Shown piece after piece: positions 60,999 through 64,000 of a stretch of DNA of 64,000 nt. Position numbers and translations under genes: made by a program. The notes beneath the pieces are model-generated. The model worked only from the letters and a program-made list of their open reading frames with translations. It was not told the DNA's origin and did not search any database. The stretch is taken from assembly GCA_024137785.1 (NCBI GenBank), contig JAHRHZ010000013.1:49957087-50021086 (forward strand), read 5' to 3'. Every line of letters begins with the position of its first letter. Position 1 is the first letter of the stretch. The DNA is from Ginglymostoma cirratum. Taxonomy: Eukaryota.

Positions 60999-62649
60999 CT
61001 TTATTACATTACAACAGCTATTTAAAAAAAAAACTTGTTAGTTATGCAATGCTTTGTCCTATAGTCATGCAAGGAGACATCAAAATGAAGCTATTTCATT
61101 TCTTTATATTTTGGGTTCTGTTTCTTTTCCACTGCTTTAGAGAGGTCACTAACAATTATTAACATTTTTTCATCTACTGCTAACATTGCGTGCAGTTTAC
61201 TGAAGATACTTGCTTACAATTATATCAACTAAGTGGTAAATTGATGTCTTGAGAACAGCAAAAGGATCATAATGCCTTTTGTGATTTTATGGTCAGTTTT
61301 TTTTAAAAACAAATTACTGCTAACAGAATCACTTTTTCATGAACTAGACATTTCGAGAATAGGCAGCACAGCAATTATATTAGTAGTTTCTAAATTATGG
61401 TAACAAAAATCTGCCATTTCATCAAATTTTCAGAAAAATAGATAAGTCAATATTATAATATCATAAGGATATGCTTATTATAAGTCTTACTCCTAATATT
61501 TCTTTTCAATACCTCTGTCAGCAAATTAAAAAGTTTTGAAAAAAAAAATTTATGTATTTTGATCAGTTTTAATTTAATAATGAAGTGACAATGATGTCGT
61601 TGTTAGTGTCAGGCTGATGTAGTTACTAAACCTGATGGTGTGAAAGTTGAATCAATGTTAGGTACAGCCAATACAATCAGCAGCTTTGGGTGCTTTAGCT
61701 AGATTGATGGAAGTGGTAGTTACACTTGATGTAGTTATAAGCAATATTAGTCCAACTTTTCTAATTAGTTCTCACATTGTGGGACTCAGTAATGTGAAAA
61801 TATTTTTTAAAAATCTATCAGAGTAAATGAATTAAAAGCCTTGTAATGATCTCATTCTTCTTAATAGTAAAGGAAATGGCAAAGGAAATGGCACTGAACC
61901 CAAAGGAAATGTGTTTCGTTCAATAAAATGGATCAGAAGGATAAGATTAAAGATAAAGTAGCCAATAAAGAAAATCAAATGGCCATACTGACGTAATGCG
62001 CGTTGTGTAATTATGTCTTTTCCTAGCTACCAGATTAAGGAATGCTTCAAATAGTCTAGACTGAAACAGGAGATTTCTCATCCTTTTATGTAATCAGATC
62101 TGTTGAAAGCAAGTAGCTACTGGTCTGAAAGAAAAGGTATTTCCCTCATTATGTTCGACTATCAAAATACATTTCTTTTTAAGAATATGAGAAGTTGTAT
62201 CCAAAAACAGAAAAGCCATAGAGCAGGATTTATTTGCAGGGAGGACACCTTAATACGGTGTTAAAGACAGTCTATCAAGGTACAAGATCAGGGTTTAGTA
62301 TGCTTCAATGAACTAACTACTCCTACAGATATAATTTTTTTTCTGTTGCAAAAATGCACATAGGTCTGAAAGAATATAAAATGTAGAGCATTTAGACGGA
62401 AGAAACCAGGACATTATTGAACATAAAGTTCCTTCAATTTCCTTTTGACCAATGTCTAATGGGGTATGATGTAAAGGCTTAGAGGTTTCAAAGAAATTGT
62501 CTTAATTGGTGCGGGAGGCTATGAGTAACTTGCTAATACTTTAAAAACCTAATGACTTGCTCACTTTAACTGGGATGGCTATGGATGTCACAATTCCTAA
62601 ATAGCATTCTGTCATACCTGTTAACTCCTGTATTACCATTCACTCATGT

Positions 62650-62779
62650 CACAACGCTACTATTTCAAATTTTGTCATTTTTGTGACTTTTATTCCCAGC
62701 TAAAACACATTATGCACAACGCTACTATTTCAAATTTTGTCATTTTTGTGACTTTTATTCCCAGCTAAAACACATTATG
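62650..62779. repeat. Perfect 65-bp tandem duplication
   Basis: 62650-62714 is identical to 62715-62779. Confidence 0.97.
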
Positions 62780-64000
62780 AGTTGACACAATGTTTCAATC
62801 TTCAGATATATGGTACACAGCGTGTTTCATCAGCTGTAACCATATTGATATAAATGTCACATTAATGCATACAAGTTGCTGAAATATTATTCAGTTCTTT
62901 CCCCTTTTACCCAAAATTCTCCTTACAAACTGCAATCCAAAAATTTACTTTACTGCCTTCATCAAGGTCTAGTTCTAAGTGTGTAACTTTTACACGTCTG
63001 TGTGTAAAAATGGATGCGAAATATCTGGAATGCAACAGATCTTCAGGTTCAAACAAGGGGAAAGGGATTACTTTAATGACAACTAATATGATTTATACAG
63101 TAAAGAATTCCAATCCACGCAAAAGATTGTTATTCTGGTATAAGTTTTAACTGGTTTGTCCAGGCTTGTGCAGTCCACCTAAGCGACATGATGGCATTAA
63201 GAAGCATGGTGGGGCACCATCATTGAAGCTAAGATCTTAATGTTGGCCATTCAAAAGAAAACCAGGATGAGTTCTGAATGGTGAGCAGGAATGCAAATGG
63301 GCAAGTGAAAAAGAGAGAATGGAATGACAGGATACATACAAAGATATCAAACGAAGAGGGAAGCAGTATCCCAAATCAAATCTCCACTGCCTTTAAAGTA
63401 TTTTGATGTAGATGTAGATAGCTTTCTATAAAACTGCTGCTAAGATCAATCAACATTTAAATCAGAAGAGATGGACAGGCTAACATTATGCCCCAGCAAA
63501 CTTTCTGCTCCATTTTGAGTGAAATCAAAATGGCTTTCCACTGGAATAGCTATACTCAGAAAAGAAAGAAACATCTGATTACTGGATAAATCAGTTTGCT
63601 TGGAATTTGTGGTTGAGGCTTTTTCACATAGTATTTAGTTTTTGTGCAAACTTGTGACAGTAATTCTTCTTATCAATGAAAAGCCTCTCAAACTCTGGAT
63701 GAATCTGATGCAGAAATACATTCAAGAATCCAGGATACTGGACAGTATAGAATGGGTATTCAAGGCTGCCCACTGGCAATTTACAGCAGGAGAAAGTGAA
63801 AAGCAAGTGTGACATTTGCATGAAATCAGAAAGACTGAAGATAAGATTGGATTTGCAAGACCTCTATTGTGCAGTTAGTCTCCTAAATATGCAACGCAAA
63901 ATCTTTCCCAGGACAGGTAATTAAGGATTTGGTTAAGATACTGTCAATGGGTCACTAACAATGGGAACTGGATTTCAATATAATTGATCACTGGGAATAG

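Larger units (their letters stand above)
1..64000 (-). other. adcy1: Intragenic region of adenylate cyclase type 1 (introns 5-9 with exons 6-9, mammalian numbering); flanking exons not found in window
   Basis: Four minus-strand exons splice in frame, in the correct order, to give a peptide matching recalled mammalian ADCY1 C1a/C1b. Confidence 0.93.

Noticed and set aside
63100-63960. Possible coding or TE remnant
   Set aside because: Stops in the frames examined and no motif I can assign.
33672-64000. adcy1 exon 5 (ILGDCYYCVSG)
   Set aside because: No matching codon pattern found by eye; probably beyond 64000, though a tBLASTn should confirm.
1-64000. CRISPR arrays, operons, rRNA or genuine tRNA genes
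   Set aside because: Eukaryotic intron; no regularly spaced repeats, and the tRNA-like segments are degenerate SINE heads.

Overview
Vertebrate genomic DNA, very probably from a cartilaginous fish (shark): it carries HE1-type V-SINEs, abundant CR1-group LINEs, Neptune/Penelope retroelements and Harbinger relics. The whole window lies inside an adenylate cyclase type 1 gene (adcy1) on the minus strand. Four coding exons with canonical splice sites are present (159, 142, 156 and 195 nt, equivalent to mammalian exons 6-9). They encode the end of catalytic C1a and the C1b region with the calmodulin-binding helix. The rest is intronic and TE-rich, with two 400-N assembly gaps. The most interesting signals are: (i) about a dozen Penelope-like (PLE) insertions or remnants, several carrying minimal hammerhead-ribozyme motifs, one with an intact core in the sense orientation of the adcy1 pre-mRNA; (ii) fold-back mini-PLEs and 5' micro-inversions; (iii) a near-identical inverted PLE pair bracketing the two in-frame exons that encode the Ca2+/CaM regulatory segment; (iv) an apparently ORF1-less LINE with a tRNA-like 5' head, present together with its head+tail SINE derivatives. 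Family names come from recalled motif similarity, not from a database search. Repeat boundaries are approximate unless a TSD is given.
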